From Chitinophaga pinensis (GTDB lineage: Bacteria > Bacteroidota > Bacteroidia > Flavobacteriales_D > Crocinitomicaceae), in assembly GCA_945883825.1 (NCBI GenBank), contig CAMCYF010000008.1, forward strand, positions 15,190 to 79,189: a DNA stretch of 64,000 nucleotides, in the 5' to 3' direction. The notes under the pieces were generated by a model. It was given only the letters and a program-made list of their open reading frames with translations, made no database searches and had not been told where the DNA came from. Shown piece by piece: positions 52,256-61,743 of the stretch. A program made the translations under genes and the position numbers. Within the stretch, counting starts at the first letter, position 1; every line of letters starts with the position of its first letter.

Positions 52256-52972
52256 ATGAAAAAGATTTATCTCCTATTCTTCATTTTTTTTTCTTTGCAA
52301 GCAATGTCCCAAATTATTGGAAACAAAGTCACTAGTATTAAAAAACTAAAAAATGATACCAGTAATTGCTTTTATTTCGAAGCTATTCGCTTTAATTCAA
52401 GTAGATATCTTGCTGTAAATTCCGATTTTTTAGCTAAGCCATTGGGAGAAAGAGCTTTTGAAACATCTTATGTTCGTTGGGGCTTTACATTAGGAGTAAC
52501 TGTTCCTATCTCAAAAGTCCTATTTTTTGAAGGTGGTTTGTCTTATTTGCGAAATGGGGAGCAATATTATTGGAAATCTACTGAAAATGATAGTTCTTTT
52601 TCATACCAAACTAGCTATTCATATATTTCAATGCCTTTACAAGTAAAAATTCAAGGCGGACTTAGATTAAAATATTTTTTAGCAACTGGTTTACAACCCC
52701 AATTATTTCAATCCTTTCGTCAAAAGCAACAATGGACAAATAATGTAAATACAAAATACTCAGCAACATTTAAAGACAATAGTGACCTAAATTCATTTGT
52801 AATTTCTTGGATTACAACAGCAGGTATTGCATTGGAAATAAGTAAACTATACGGCATTCGAATATCTGCGCAATACCGCAATCAATTAAATAGTTCTTAT
52901 TTGAACACAGGAGATTATATTCATAAAGCAAATGGTCTTGGTTTTGCATTTGGATTAACACGAAAATTATAA
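52256..52972 (+). CDS. Outer-membrane beta-barrel protein (porin-family/OMP_b-brl-like)
   Basis: 238 aa. Signal peptide MKKIYLLFFIFFSLQAMSQ, alternating-hydrophobic strands, and a C-terminal ...GFAFGLTRKL. Confidence 0.7.
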   Translation: MKKIYLLFFIFFSLQAMSQIIGNKVTSIKKLKNDTSNCFYFEAIRFNSSRYLAVNSDFLAKPLGERAFETSYVRWGFTLGVTVPISKVLFFEGGLSYLRNGEQYYWKSTENDSSFSYQTSYSYISMPLQVKIQGGLRLKYFLATGLQPQLFQSFRQKQQWTNNVNTKYSATFKDNSDLNSFVISWITTAGIALEISKLYGIRISAQYRNQLNSSYLNTGDYIHKANGLGFAFGLTRKL

Positions 52973-52973
52973 A

Positions 52974-54068
52974 ATGAAACTGCAAGAAGTTACAGATTAC
53001 CTCGAAGATTGTTTTCCTTTAAGTCTTCAAGAATCTTACGATAATTCTGGATTGCTTATTGGTGATAAAGCAATGGAACTTAAGAGCGTATTAATTTGCA
53101 TAGATAGTACTGAAGATGTAGTTGAGGAGGCAATACGAAAAAGAGCAAATTTAATTATTGCTCATCACCCAATTATTTTTAATGGATTAAAAAGTTTGAC
53201 AGGTAAAACCTATATTGAACGAGTTGTAATTCGCTGCATTCAAAATAATATTGCACTCTATGCAATTCATACGAATCTTGACAATCATAAGCAAGGAGTT
53301 AATGCTGAAATCGCGAAAAGAATTGGTTTAAGTAAATGTAGAATTTTACAAGCAAAAAAAGGAGTGCTCTGTAAACTTGTTGTTTACCTTCCAAAAGATG
53401 CACTCGAGCTTATAGATAAAGCACTATTTGAAAAAGGAGCTGGAAGAATTGGAAATTATTCAGAATGTCATTTTCGTACAGAAGGAATCGGAACATTTAT
53501 GCCAAATGAAATGGCAAAACCAGTAATTGGCGAAGCGGATATAAGAAGTAGTATTTCCGAATATAGAGTAGAATACCTCGTGTCTTATTCAAAATTACAG
53601 GCTGTATTAGCAGCACTTCAAACTTCTCATCCATATGAAGAAATACCATATGAAATTCTTCCAATTGACAATAAAAATCAAGATGAAGGAGCCGGAATGA
53701 TTGGAGAATTAGACGAAGAGCAGAGCGAAAAAGACTTTTTACAAGAGCTAAAAACAATATTTAATTGTGGTACCATTCGGCATACACCATTTATTAATAA
53801 ACCAATTAAAAGAATTGCACTTTGCGGAGGTTCTGGCAGTTTCTTGTTACAAAAAGCAATGCATTCAAAAGCTGATATTTTTATTACAGCAGATTTCAAA
53901 TACCACGACTTTTTTGACGCTGAAAATAAAATTATTATTGCAGATATTGGTCACTATGAAAGCGAACAATTTACAACAAATTTATTAGCTGAGAAACTTA
54001 AAGAAAAATTTACTAACTTTGCAATCCATTTAACAGAAATAAATACAAATCCAATAAACTACTTTTAG
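52974..54068 (+). CDS. Nif3-like dinuclear-metal-centre protein (YbgI/GTP cyclohydrolase 1 type 2 family)
   Basis: 364 aa. ...LIIAHHPIIF..., ...YAIHTNLD..., an inserted PII-like domain, and a C-terminal ...DIGHYESE. Confidence 0.88.
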   Translation: MKLQEVTDYLEDCFPLSLQESYDNSGLLIGDKAMELKSVLICIDSTEDVVEEAIRKRANLIIAHHPIIFNGLKSLTGKTYIERVVIRCIQNNIALYAIHTNLDNHKQGVNAEIAKRIGLSKCRILQAKKGVLCKLVVYLPKDALELIDKALFEKGAGRIGNYSECHFRTEGIGTFMPNEMAKPVIGEADIRSSISEYRVEYLVSYSKLQAVLAALQTSHPYEEIPYEILPIDNKNQDEGAGMIGELDEEQSEKDFLQELKTIFNCGTIRHTPFINKPIKRIALCGGSGSFLLQKAMHSKADIFITADFKYHDFFDAENKIIIADIGHYESEQFTTNLLAEKLKEKFTNFAIHLTEINTNPINYF

Positions 54069-54071
54069 AAC

Positions 54072-54827
54072 ATGGCAGCAACTGCAACTAAAAAGAAAGA
54101 GAAAGAAGTTACTATTAGCGATAAACTTGAAATGCTATTAAAACTTCAACAAATTGATACCGAAATTGATCGAATTAGAACAATTCGTGGTGAACTTCCA
54201 TTAGAAGTTCAAGATTTGGAAGATGAAGTACTTGGTTTAACTACAAGAATTGCAAAAATCAATGATGAAATCAATGAAATTGAAACTGATATTTCTGATC
54301 GTAAACAAGGATCTAAAGATTCTGAAACAGCGATTACAAAATATAAGGAGCAGCAAAATAATGTCCGAAATAATCGTGAGTTTGAATCTTTAGCTAAAGA
54401 AGTTGAGTTTCAAGAATTAGAAATTAAATTAAACGAAAAGAAAGCGAAAGAATCTAAATTTAAAATTGAAGGAAAAAAAGAAATTTTAAAAGAGGCAACT
54501 GATCGATTAACAATCAAGCAAGAAGATTTGGATACAAAAACTTCTGAACTAGAAGCTATTATTAGTGAAACAAAAATTGATGAAGACAGTTTGTTAAAAG
54601 CATCTTTAGACGCAAAAAAGAATATTGAAAGCCGATTGGTATCTGCCTACACTCGTCTTCGTGAAAATGCAAAAAATGGTCTTGCAGTAGTTCAAGTTGT
54701 TCGTGGATCTTGTGGAGGTTGTTTTAATAAAATTCCACCTCAAAGACAATTAGACATCGTAACAAAGAAAAAAATCATCGTTTGCGAATACTGCGGAAGA
54801 ATTTTAGTCCCTTTCGAGGAAGCTTAA
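54072..54827 (+). CDS. Coiled-coil protein with a C-terminal C4 zinc ribbon (COG1579-like)
   Basis: 251 aa. Long heptad-rich region, then CGGCF...CEYCGRIL. It is the usual partner gene downstream of Nif3-like genes. Confidence 0.85.
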   Translation: MAATATKKKEKEVTISDKLEMLLKLQQIDTEIDRIRTIRGELPLEVQDLEDEVLGLTTRIAKINDEINEIETDISDRKQGSKDSETAITKYKEQQNNVRNNREFESLAKEVEFQELEIKLNEKKAKESKFKIEGKKEILKEATDRLTIKQEDLDTKTSELEAIISETKIDEDSLLKASLDAKKNIESRLVSAYTRLRENAKNGLAVVQVVRGSCGGCFNKIPPQRQLDIVTKKKIIVCEYCGRILVPFEEA

Positions 54828-54990
54828 TTTTTTTTAATTAGTTTACTAAACCATTTTTAGAATTGTTTTTGTTTTTCAATACATAAACTCTAAAATGAGT
54901 CAACTGTCAACTAATCAAAAACTAATTCTAAATTTATTTTTTTTGAACCAAAAATTACGCTAAATCAATTTTTTATAATTTTTTTATTGT

Positions 54991-57900
54991 CTAATTTAAT
55001 TTATAATCAATATCTAATTTCGCCAAATCCTTAAATAGTTCATTACTAGGTTTGACACGTACAGATCGAGATGGTAAATTTATTTCAAGACCTTCTATAG
55101 TGTCAAAAACAGTAAATTGAATAGGGCAAGAACCTTTATTATCTGCAAACAATTGATTTAATTTTTCAATTAATAATTCATCCATTGCGCGAGAAGAAAT
55201 TTTTAATTGTAGTTGTTTCGTGTTTTTTTCTCTTAGTTCTTGTAAAAGTTCAATACTATACGGCGTAAATTCCAGTTGCGTTCTGTACCTTGGAACTTCC
55301 ACTCTTCCTCTAATAAGAATAAACGTTCCAGCAACCATAAAATGCTTAAAACGCAAATAATTTTCTTTAAATAAATTCAAGCGAAAAGAATCTTGGTAGT
55401 CTTCAATTGTCAATACTCCAAATCCATCTCCATTTTTTGTGAAACGGTGTTCTGATAAAGTAACTATTGCAGGTAACATTATATCCCGGCCTTTATATGA
55501 TTGTAAATCACTAAGCATTGCTAAAGTTCCATTACAAAATGCATCAATTTCTGGCTTAAAATCATCAAGTGGATGCCCTGAGATGAAAATTCCTATAACC
55601 TCTTTTTCCTTATTTAACTGAAAAATATTTGGCCATTCACTACATTGAGGCACATTTGGCTCAGGCATAGATACTTCTGAACCAACTCCAAACAACGATT
55701 CTTGAGCTGATGATTGGTTTTCTTTAAAATTGAAGCCGTATTTCATCGCATTATCTAGAAAACTTCTATTATTTCCATCGACAAAGAAATACTGAGCTCT
55801 GTGAACATTTTTAAATGAATCCAAAGCGCCGGCATAAGCCAAGCTTTCAAATGATTTTTTTGTACAAACCCTCAAATTTATTCTTTTAGTCATATCAAAA
55901 ATTGACTGAAATAATCCAGTTTCTCTTACTTCTATAATTGCTTCAATAGCTGAAGAACCTAGTCCTTTAATTGCCCCGAGTCCAAAACGGATGGCCCCTG
56001 TTTTATTTACAGAAAAGGTGTATGTACTTTCATTTATATCTGGACCTAAAACCTCTAAGCCCATTCTTCTACATTCCTCCATAAAAAAAGTAACTTGCTT
56101 AATGTCACTCATATTATTACTTAAAACCGAAGACATGTACTCTGCAGGATAATTTGCTTTTAAATAAGCAGTTTGATAAGCAATCCAAGCATAGCAAGTT
56201 GAGTGAGATTTATTAAATGCATATGCAGCAAAGGCCTCCCAATCTTTCCAAATCTTTTCAAGAGCTTCAATTTTATGTCCTTTTGCACCAGCACGCTCAA
56301 TGAATAGTGGTTTCATTTTATTTAAGACTTTTCTGTCTTTCTTTCCCATAGCTTTCCTCAAAGTATCCGCTTCACCCTTTGAAAAATCTGCAATTTTTTG
56401 AGATAAAAGCATCACTTGTTCTTGATAGACAGTAATTCCGTAAGTTTCTTTTAAATACTCCTCGCATTCTTCCAAATCATAGCTAATTGTTTCCTCACCA
56501 TGTTTCCGTTTACAATAAGATGGGATGTATTCCATTGGACCAGGTCGATAAAGAGCATTCATTGCTATTAAATCGGCAAAAACAGTCGGTTTTAAGTCTT
56601 TCAGATGTTTTTGCATACCCGTAGATTCGTACTGAAATATGCCAATAGTTTCTCCTTTTTGAAACAAAGAATATGTTTTCTCATCTTCAATTGGAAATAA
56701 ATCGGGATCCAAATCAATGCCTTGAGTAGCTTTGACTAATTTCACAGCATCTTTAATCAAAGTCAATGTTTTTAGTCCTAAAAAATCCATTTTTAATAGA
56801 CCAGCATCTTCAGCAACTGAATTATCATATTGCGTACATACCATATCGGAATCCTTTGCTAAGGCAACAGGAACAAAATTTGTTAAATCATCTGGAGTAA
56901 TAATGATTCCACAGGCATGAATTCCAGTATTTCTAAGTGAGCCCTCAATTTCCATTGCTTTTTGAAGCACTTGAGCAGCTAAATTAGAACCTTGCGCTAC
57001 GCGTCTTAATTCTTTTGCATTCAAAATTGCTTCTTGATTTTTTAAATGATCAATTACAGCAACTTCATCCCAAGAAAGAATGTTTTTTAAGGAAAGGTCG
57101 GGCACTAATTTTGACAAGCGATCAGCCTCAGGGAGCGGTAAATTCATAACTCGTGCTGCATCGCGAATTGCAGATTTAGCAGCCATTGTACCAAAAGTTA
57201 TGATTTGTGCTACTTGATTTGCTCCGTATTTCTGAATTACGTAATCTATAACTCGACTGCGACCTTCGTCATCAAAATCTATATCAATATCTGGCATAGA
57301 AACACGATCCGGATTCAAGAAACGCTCGAATAGTAAGTCGTACTTAATTGGGTCAATATTTGTTATTCCTGTACAATAAGCCACAACAGAACCAGCAGCA
57401 GAACCTCTTCCAGGTCCCACAGAAACTCCCATTTCTCTAGCTGCCTGACAAAAATCTTGGACAATCAAAAAATAACCAGGATAATTGGTTTTTTCAATTG
57501 TAGCCAATTCAAATTCAATTCTTTCAAGAAGTCCCTCAGAAATTTCACCGTATCTTTTTTCTGCACCTTTTAAAGTAAGATGACGTAAATAGTTGTTCTC
57601 ACCTCGTTTTCCAGCATCATTAGCATCTTCTTGTGAAATAAATTCCGCTGGAATATCAAAAGCAGGTAGCAAAACTTCTCGTGCAAGAGGATAATGCTCA
57701 CATTTTGATAGTATCTCTGAAATTGTAATAATTGCCTCTGGAAGATCGCTAAAAAGCGCCTTCATTTCATCACTTGATTTAAAATAATATTGGTCGTTCT
57801 CAAGTCCATATCGAAATCCACGACCACGCCCTTTTGGTGTTTCAACAAGTTCATTGTCCTTAACACACAATAAAACATCGTGCGCTTGGGCATCATGTTG

Positions 57901-59346
57901 GCTTAAGTAAAAGGTATTGTTAGTTGCAACTAATTTAACATCATGTTTATGAGCTAATTCAACCAAAGTCGTATTTACACGGTTCTCAATTTCTAAGTTG
58001 TGTCGACTTAACTCGATATAAAAATTATCTTTAAATGTATTTTTCCACCAGATCAATGCCTCTTCAGCCTGGTTTTCTCCAACATTAAGAATTAAATTTG
58101 GAATTTCTCCGTATAAATTCCCTGAAAGAACAATAATATCGCTTTTATACTCTTCAATTAATTTTTTATCAATTCTAGGCACATAATACATCCCTTTAGT
58201 GTAAGCTATTGAGGCCAACTTTATTAGATTTTGGTAACCCGCTTTGTTTTTGGCTAAGAAAACAACTTGATAACCGTTGTCCTTTTGACTTTTATCATTT
58301 AAGTCAGTACAAACATTAAATTCGCAGCCAATAATGGGTAAAATTTCATTTTTATCAAAAGGAACTCCATCTTTCTTTGCCTGTTCTCGTTCCTCTTTAA
58401 TCGATAAATTATACTTATTAGCTGCTTTTTCAAAATGAAATGCAGCCATCATATTTCCTGTATCTGTTAATGCAACTGCTGGCATATTTAATTCCGCTGC
58501 TTTTTCAACTAATTTTTGAACCTCTGAAGTAGATTGTAGGATTGTAAACTTAGAATGATTGTGCAAATGAGCAAAAGGAGTATCTTTTAATTCGTTGGGA
58601 ATTTCATTTTTTGATTCCTTTTTATCATCTAATTCTACCTTTTTTGCTTCTCGTAGTTTTGTACTTTCAAGCTTTAAATTCAGATGTTTTAAACCAATAC
58701 TTTGAATGGGAGAAGGATTTATTTTGCGGTATTCCTCAATAAATCCCGAACCCTGTGAAAGTTGTTCTAAGGAAAAATTACCCTGTCGAGTCAATTCCAA
58801 AAAACAACGTGTTGTAGCTTCTACATCAGCTGTTGCATTGTGTGCCTCTGAAAATGTTTCATTAAATAAGAAATCGTGTAATTGGAATAAAGTAGGTAGT
58901 TTAAATTTTCCGTAAGGACCACCAGGCAGTCTACAAAGTTCTGCCGTTTTTTCTGTGCAGGTATCTAAAATTGGATGTATTAAAGGTGTTTGTTCTCCTA
59001 TTCTAGAAAATTCGCAACCTAAAACATTGACATCAAACTTTAGATTATGGCCAACAATAAATTTCGCTTTTTGCAAGGCCTTTTTAAATAACGCAAGTAC
59101 GTCCTCTAATTCATCGCCACCAATACTTGCAAGCTCAGTAGAAATACCATGAATTCCTTCAGCCTCAATTGGAATATTATAGCCCTTGGGACGGATCAAA
59201 AAATCCTTGTGTTCGATTAACTGTCCAAACTCATCATGAAGTTGCCAAGCCAATTGCACAACACGCGGCCAATTACTTGTATCCGTTATAGGAGCATTAT
59301 AATTACGAGGCAAGCCTGTGGTTTCAGTATCAAAAACAAGGAACAT
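54991..59346 (-). CDS. dnaE: DNA polymerase III alpha subunit (DnaE-type) with a fused N-terminal DEDDh 3'-5' exonuclease domain
   Basis: 1451 aa. Residues 1-190 carry Exo I FDTETTG, Exo II GHNLKFDVNVL and Exo III HNATADVEAT. A K/E-rich linker follows, and the PHP domain starts at about residue 258 (FAHLHNHSKFT). Polymerase core motifs are present (...DFLGLKTLT..., ...YRPGPM...), followed by an OB-fold C-terminus. Confidence 0.93.
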   Translation of the reverse strand: MFLVFDTETTGLPRNYNAPITDTSNWPRVVQLAWQLHDEFGQLIEHKDFLIRPKGYNIPIEAEGIHGISTELASIGGDELEDVLALFKKALQKAKFIVGHNLKFDVNVLGCEFSRIGEQTPLIHPILDTCTEKTAELCRLPGGPYGKFKLPTLFQLHDFLFNETFSEAHNATADVEATTRCFLELTRQGNFSLEQLSQGSGFIEEYRKINPSPIQSIGLKHLNLKLESTKLREAKKVELDDKKESKNEIPNELKDTPFAHLHNHSKFTILQSTSEVQKLVEKAAELNMPAVALTDTGNMMAAFHFEKAANKYNLSIKEEREQAKKDGVPFDKNEILPIIGCEFNVCTDLNDKSQKDNGYQVVFLAKNKAGYQNLIKLASIAYTKGMYYVPRIDKKLIEEYKSDIIVLSGNLYGEIPNLILNVGENQAEEALIWWKNTFKDNFYIELSRHNLEIENRVNTTLVELAHKHDVKLVATNNTFYLSQHDAQAHDVLLCVKDNELVETPKGRGRGFRYGLENDQYYFKSSDEMKALFSDLPEAIITISEILSKCEHYPLAREVLLPAFDIPAEFISQEDANDAGKRGENNYLRHLTLKGAEKRYGEISEGLLERIEFELATIEKTNYPGYFLIVQDFCQAAREMGVSVGPGRGSAAGSVVAYCTGITNIDPIKYDLLFERFLNPDRVSMPDIDIDFDDEGRSRVIDYVIQKYGANQVAQIITFGTMAAKSAIRDAARVMNLPLPEADRLSKLVPDLSLKNILSWDEVAVIDHLKNQEAILNAKELRRVAQGSNLAAQVLQKAMEIEGSLRNTGIHACGIIITPDDLTNFVPVALAKDSDMVCTQYDNSVAEDAGLLKMDFLGLKTLTLIKDAVKLVKATQGIDLDPDLFPIEDEKTYSLFQKGETIGIFQYESTGMQKHLKDLKPTVFADLIAMNALYRPGPMEYIPSYCKRKHGEETISYDLEECEEYLKETYGITVYQEQVMLLSQKIADFSKGEADTLRKAMGKKDRKVLNKMKPLFIERAGAKGHKIEALEKIWKDWEAFAAYAFNKSHSTCYAWIAYQTAYLKANYPAEYMSSVLSNNMSDIKQVTFFMEECRRMGLEVLGPDINESTYTFSVNKTGAIRFGLGAIKGLGSSAIEAIIEVRETGLFQSIFDMTKRINLRVCTKKSFESLAYAGALDSFKNVHRAQYFFVDGNNRSFLDNAMKYGFNFKENQSSAQESLFGVGSEVSMPEPNVPQCSEWPNIFQLNKEKEVIGIFISGHPLDDFKPEIDAFCNGTLAMLSDLQSYKGRDIMLPAIVTLSEHRFTKNGDGFGVLTIEDYQDSFRLNLFKENYLRFKHFMVAGTFILIRGRVEVPRYRTQLEFTPYSIELLQELREKNTKQLQLKISSRAMDELLIEKLNQLFADNKGSCPIQFTVFDTIEGLEINLPSRSVRVKPSNELFKDLAKLDIDYKLN

Positions 59347-59466
59347 AGGAACTAAAAAATGTGAAATTTAAAGGTATAGAATTCTCTTCAAAATTTCTTC
59401 AATTGTTGAAAAATAAATATTATTCTAAGGAAGAAAATTCTATAAAAGTGCTTAGGATTTCATTAT

Positions 59467-60327
59467 TTAAAGCTCTAATTTTTTTTCCCAATATTCATTG
59501 AGTAGCGCTACTAATTTTCGTGACATATTATTAGAATATCGCTTGGTTCTATACCCACCAATCCAATTAATACCTCGAATAGCATTTGTTAAAAAGATTT
59601 CATCTGCTGCCAAAAGATGTTGAGGTAAAATAGCACATTCGTAAACCTTTATGCCATTTTGAATTGCTAAATTTATTACTTGCATACGCATTGTTCCGGC
59701 AATACATCCCTCCGCTAAACCGGGGGTATACAACACACCATTGCTTACGATAAATAGATTACAGGAAGATGTTTCTAAAATATTTCCCCTGTAATCACTC
59801 ATAAATACATCATCTAATTCTTTTTCTTTTGCACTTAAAGCAGCCATAACATAATGTAATCCTGCTTTTGTTTTGTAGTTTGAAAGAAAATTTTTCTGAA
59901 GTTTTATATCAAGATAAATATCAACCTCAAAACCTTTTGCATTTAATTCAAAATGACTTACTTGGTACGGATATACCTCAATATAGAATGAACTTTCATT
60001 CGTTTCAGGTAAGTACGCACCCCCTGGCTTTCGATCCAATGATAAGCGACAACGTCCACCTTCATTAATTTCTGATTTTTTGAGTAATTCAGATATCTTT
60101 TCCTCAAAAAATGAGATAGAATATAGTGAAGGTGTTCTCAACTTAATTGCTTTTGCTCCATCCAACATTCGAGAAATGTGGTTTTCTAAATTTAAGGTTC
60201 TCCCTGACATTATTCGGATACTTTCAAAAACTCCGTCGCCATATAAGTGACTCCTATTTCCAGGATGAATTGTAGGCGCATCGTTTGATAAGACTGTGCC
60301 GTTGTTGTTAACATATAAAAGTGCCAT
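59467..60327 (-). CDS. Class IV (fold type IV) PLP aminotransferase family protein (aminodeoxychorismate lyase / branched-chain or D-amino-acid aminotransferase-like)
   Basis: 286 aa. ...HLYGDGVFESIR..., ...YKTKAGLHYV..., ...FLTNAIRGI... typical of the family. Substrate specificity cannot be decided by eye. Confidence 0.75.
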   Translation of the reverse strand: MALLYVNNNGTVLSNDAPTIHPGNRSHLYGDGVFESIRIMSGRTLNLENHISRMLDGAKAIKLRTPSLYSISFFEEKISELLKKSEINEGGRCRLSLDRKPGGAYLPETNESSFYIEVYPYQVSHFELNAKGFEVDIYLDIKLQKNFLSNYKTKAGLHYVMAALSAKEKELDDVFMSDYRGNILETSSCNLFIVSNGVLYTPGLAEGCIAGTMRMQVINLAIQNGIKVYECAILPQHLLAADEIFLTNAIRGINWIGGYRTKRYSNNMSRKLVALLNEYWEKKLEL

Positions 60328-60336
60328 AATCTAAAT

Positions 60337-60948
60337 CTAAAAAAATAAATCTAAAAATTCTTTTCCTTTTTCAATATTCAAAAGTAATACAAATAAAATA
60401 CCAAATAATGCTCCTCCCAAATGGGCATCATGTGCTACAACTGTCCCTCCTCTCCTCATTAAAAAATATTCGATCGCTAAATAAATAGGGCCAAAAATAT
60501 ATGCAGGAATTGGAAAGGGTAAAAACATAATTCCTAATGACATTGTTGGGTTACATATAATAGCCGCAAAAATAACTGCAGAAACTGCACCTGAAGCTCC
60601 TAAACTTCTATAATTAGAATTATCTTGGTTTTTTAAAAAAGAGGGCAGAGATGCAAAAATTGCTCCTGCAAAATAAAGTATTAATAAATAAGCAGTGCCC
60701 AATTGTAAACCATAATAATCTATAAAGTAATATGATAGCGTACTTCCTAGAAAATAGAGCGAAATCATGTTGAAAGCTAAATGACTTATATCAGCATGTA
60801 TAAAAATATGCGAAATAAGGCGATAGAACTCATTATTGTGCTTAAGCTGATAGGGAATAAAAAGGAAACGTTGTTTTAAGCCAGGATTTTTGTTTGCCTG
60901 AAAAGAAATTAAAACTGTAATTAAAATTATGTTAGAAACGATATTCAT
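60337..60948 (-). CDS. Rhomboid-family intramembrane serine protease
   Basis: 203 aa, 6 TM segments. HIFIHADISHLAFNM, catalytic GASGAV, and downstream AHLGGALFG. Confidence 0.88.
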   Translation of the reverse strand: MNIVSNIILITVLISFQANKNPGLKQRFLFIPYQLKHNNEFYRLISHIFIHADISHLAFNMISLYFLGSTLSYYFIDYYGLQLGTAYLLILYFAGAIFASLPSFLKNQDNSNYRSLGASGAVSAVIFAAIICNPTMSLGIMFLPFPIPAYIFGPIYLAIEYFLMRRGGTVVAHDAHLGGALFGILFVLLLNIEKGKEFLDLFF

Positions 60949-61041
60949 ATTTTTTGACTGATCTTTTTTTTTAAAAACTTGAATAATGTACTAAATTACA
61001 TTTTTTAAATGCTATTATTATTTCAAGGAAGAAAATTAGCT

Positions 61042-61049
61042 TAAATTTG
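61042..61049 (+). promoter_or_regulatory. -7 box TAaaTTTG upstream of rpe
   Basis: Exact TAnnTTTG match ending 12 nt before ATG 61062. The TTG that the ORF track uses as a start (61047) lies inside this box. Confidence 0.4.
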
Positions 61050-61061
61050 AAAAAAAATAAA

Positions 61062-61706
61062 ATGATTATTTCGCCATCTGTTTTGTCTTGTGATTTTGGG
61101 AATATTGAGCGCGACACAAAAATGCTAGATAACTCAGAAGCAGATTGGTTGCACATTGATGTGATGGATGGTGTATTTGTTCCTAATATTTCATTTGGTT
61201 TTCCTGTTCTAGAAGCAATTCGTAAAAACACAAACAAAATTTTGGATGTGCATTTAATGATCGCTAATCCAGATGCATATCTAAGTGCTTTTAAGAAAGC
61301 TGGCGCAGATATTTTAACCGTTCATTATGAAGCTTGCCCTCACTTAAACCGAACAATTGCAGCAATAAAAGAATTAGGAATGAAAGCTGGAGTTGCTCTC
61401 AATCCTCACACACCAATTAGCGTTTTAGAAGAAGTAATATGCGATCTTGATTTGGTCTTGATTATGTCTGTAAATCCTGGGTTTGGAGGACAAAAATTTA
61501 TTCCTTCTAGTATCGAGAAAGTTGAAAAATTAAAAAAGCTAATTCTTGCTAAAAATGCAAGTTGTATAATTGAAATAGATGGTGGAGTAAATCTTGAAAA
61601 TGGGCCTTTACTTGTAAAAGCTGGAGCAAATGCTTTAGTGGCAGGCAGTTTTGTTTTTAACTCCATTAATCCTGAAGAAACTATCGCAAAATTAAAAAAG
61701 CTATAA
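61062..61706 (+). CDS. rpe: Ribulose-phosphate 3-epimerase
   Basis: 214 aa from ATG 61062 (MIISPSVLSCDF...HIDVMDG.FVPN...HLM...VNPGFGGQKF...DGG). Confidence 0.95.
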   Translation: MIISPSVLSCDFGNIERDTKMLDNSEADWLHIDVMDGVFVPNISFGFPVLEAIRKNTNKILDVHLMIANPDAYLSAFKKAGADILTVHYEACPHLNRTIAAIKELGMKAGVALNPHTPISVLEEVICDLDLVLIMSVNPGFGGQKFIPSSIEKVEKLKKLILAKNASCIIEIDGGVNLENGPLLVKAGANALVAGSFVFNSINPEETIAKLKKL

Positions 61707-61743
61707 GCGGTAACAAAATCAGCAGAAAAACGTTAAAGCATCT

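Noticed and set aside
54828-54990. A possible ncRNA (for example rnpB, which follows Nif3 and zinc-ribbon genes in some phyla) or a small ORF (22 codons from ATG 54896) in the 163-nt gap between the zinc-ribbon gene and dnaE
   Set aside because: The region is extremely AT-rich. It has no GC-rich helices, no RNase P conserved regions and no convincing hairpin. The tiny ORF has no start context or conservation evidence.
60971-61237. 88-aa minus-strand ORF spanning the rhomboid-rpe intergenic region
   Set aside because: It overlaps the well-supported rpe N-terminus on the opposite strand and runs through the AT-rich promoter region. The translation is low-complexity.
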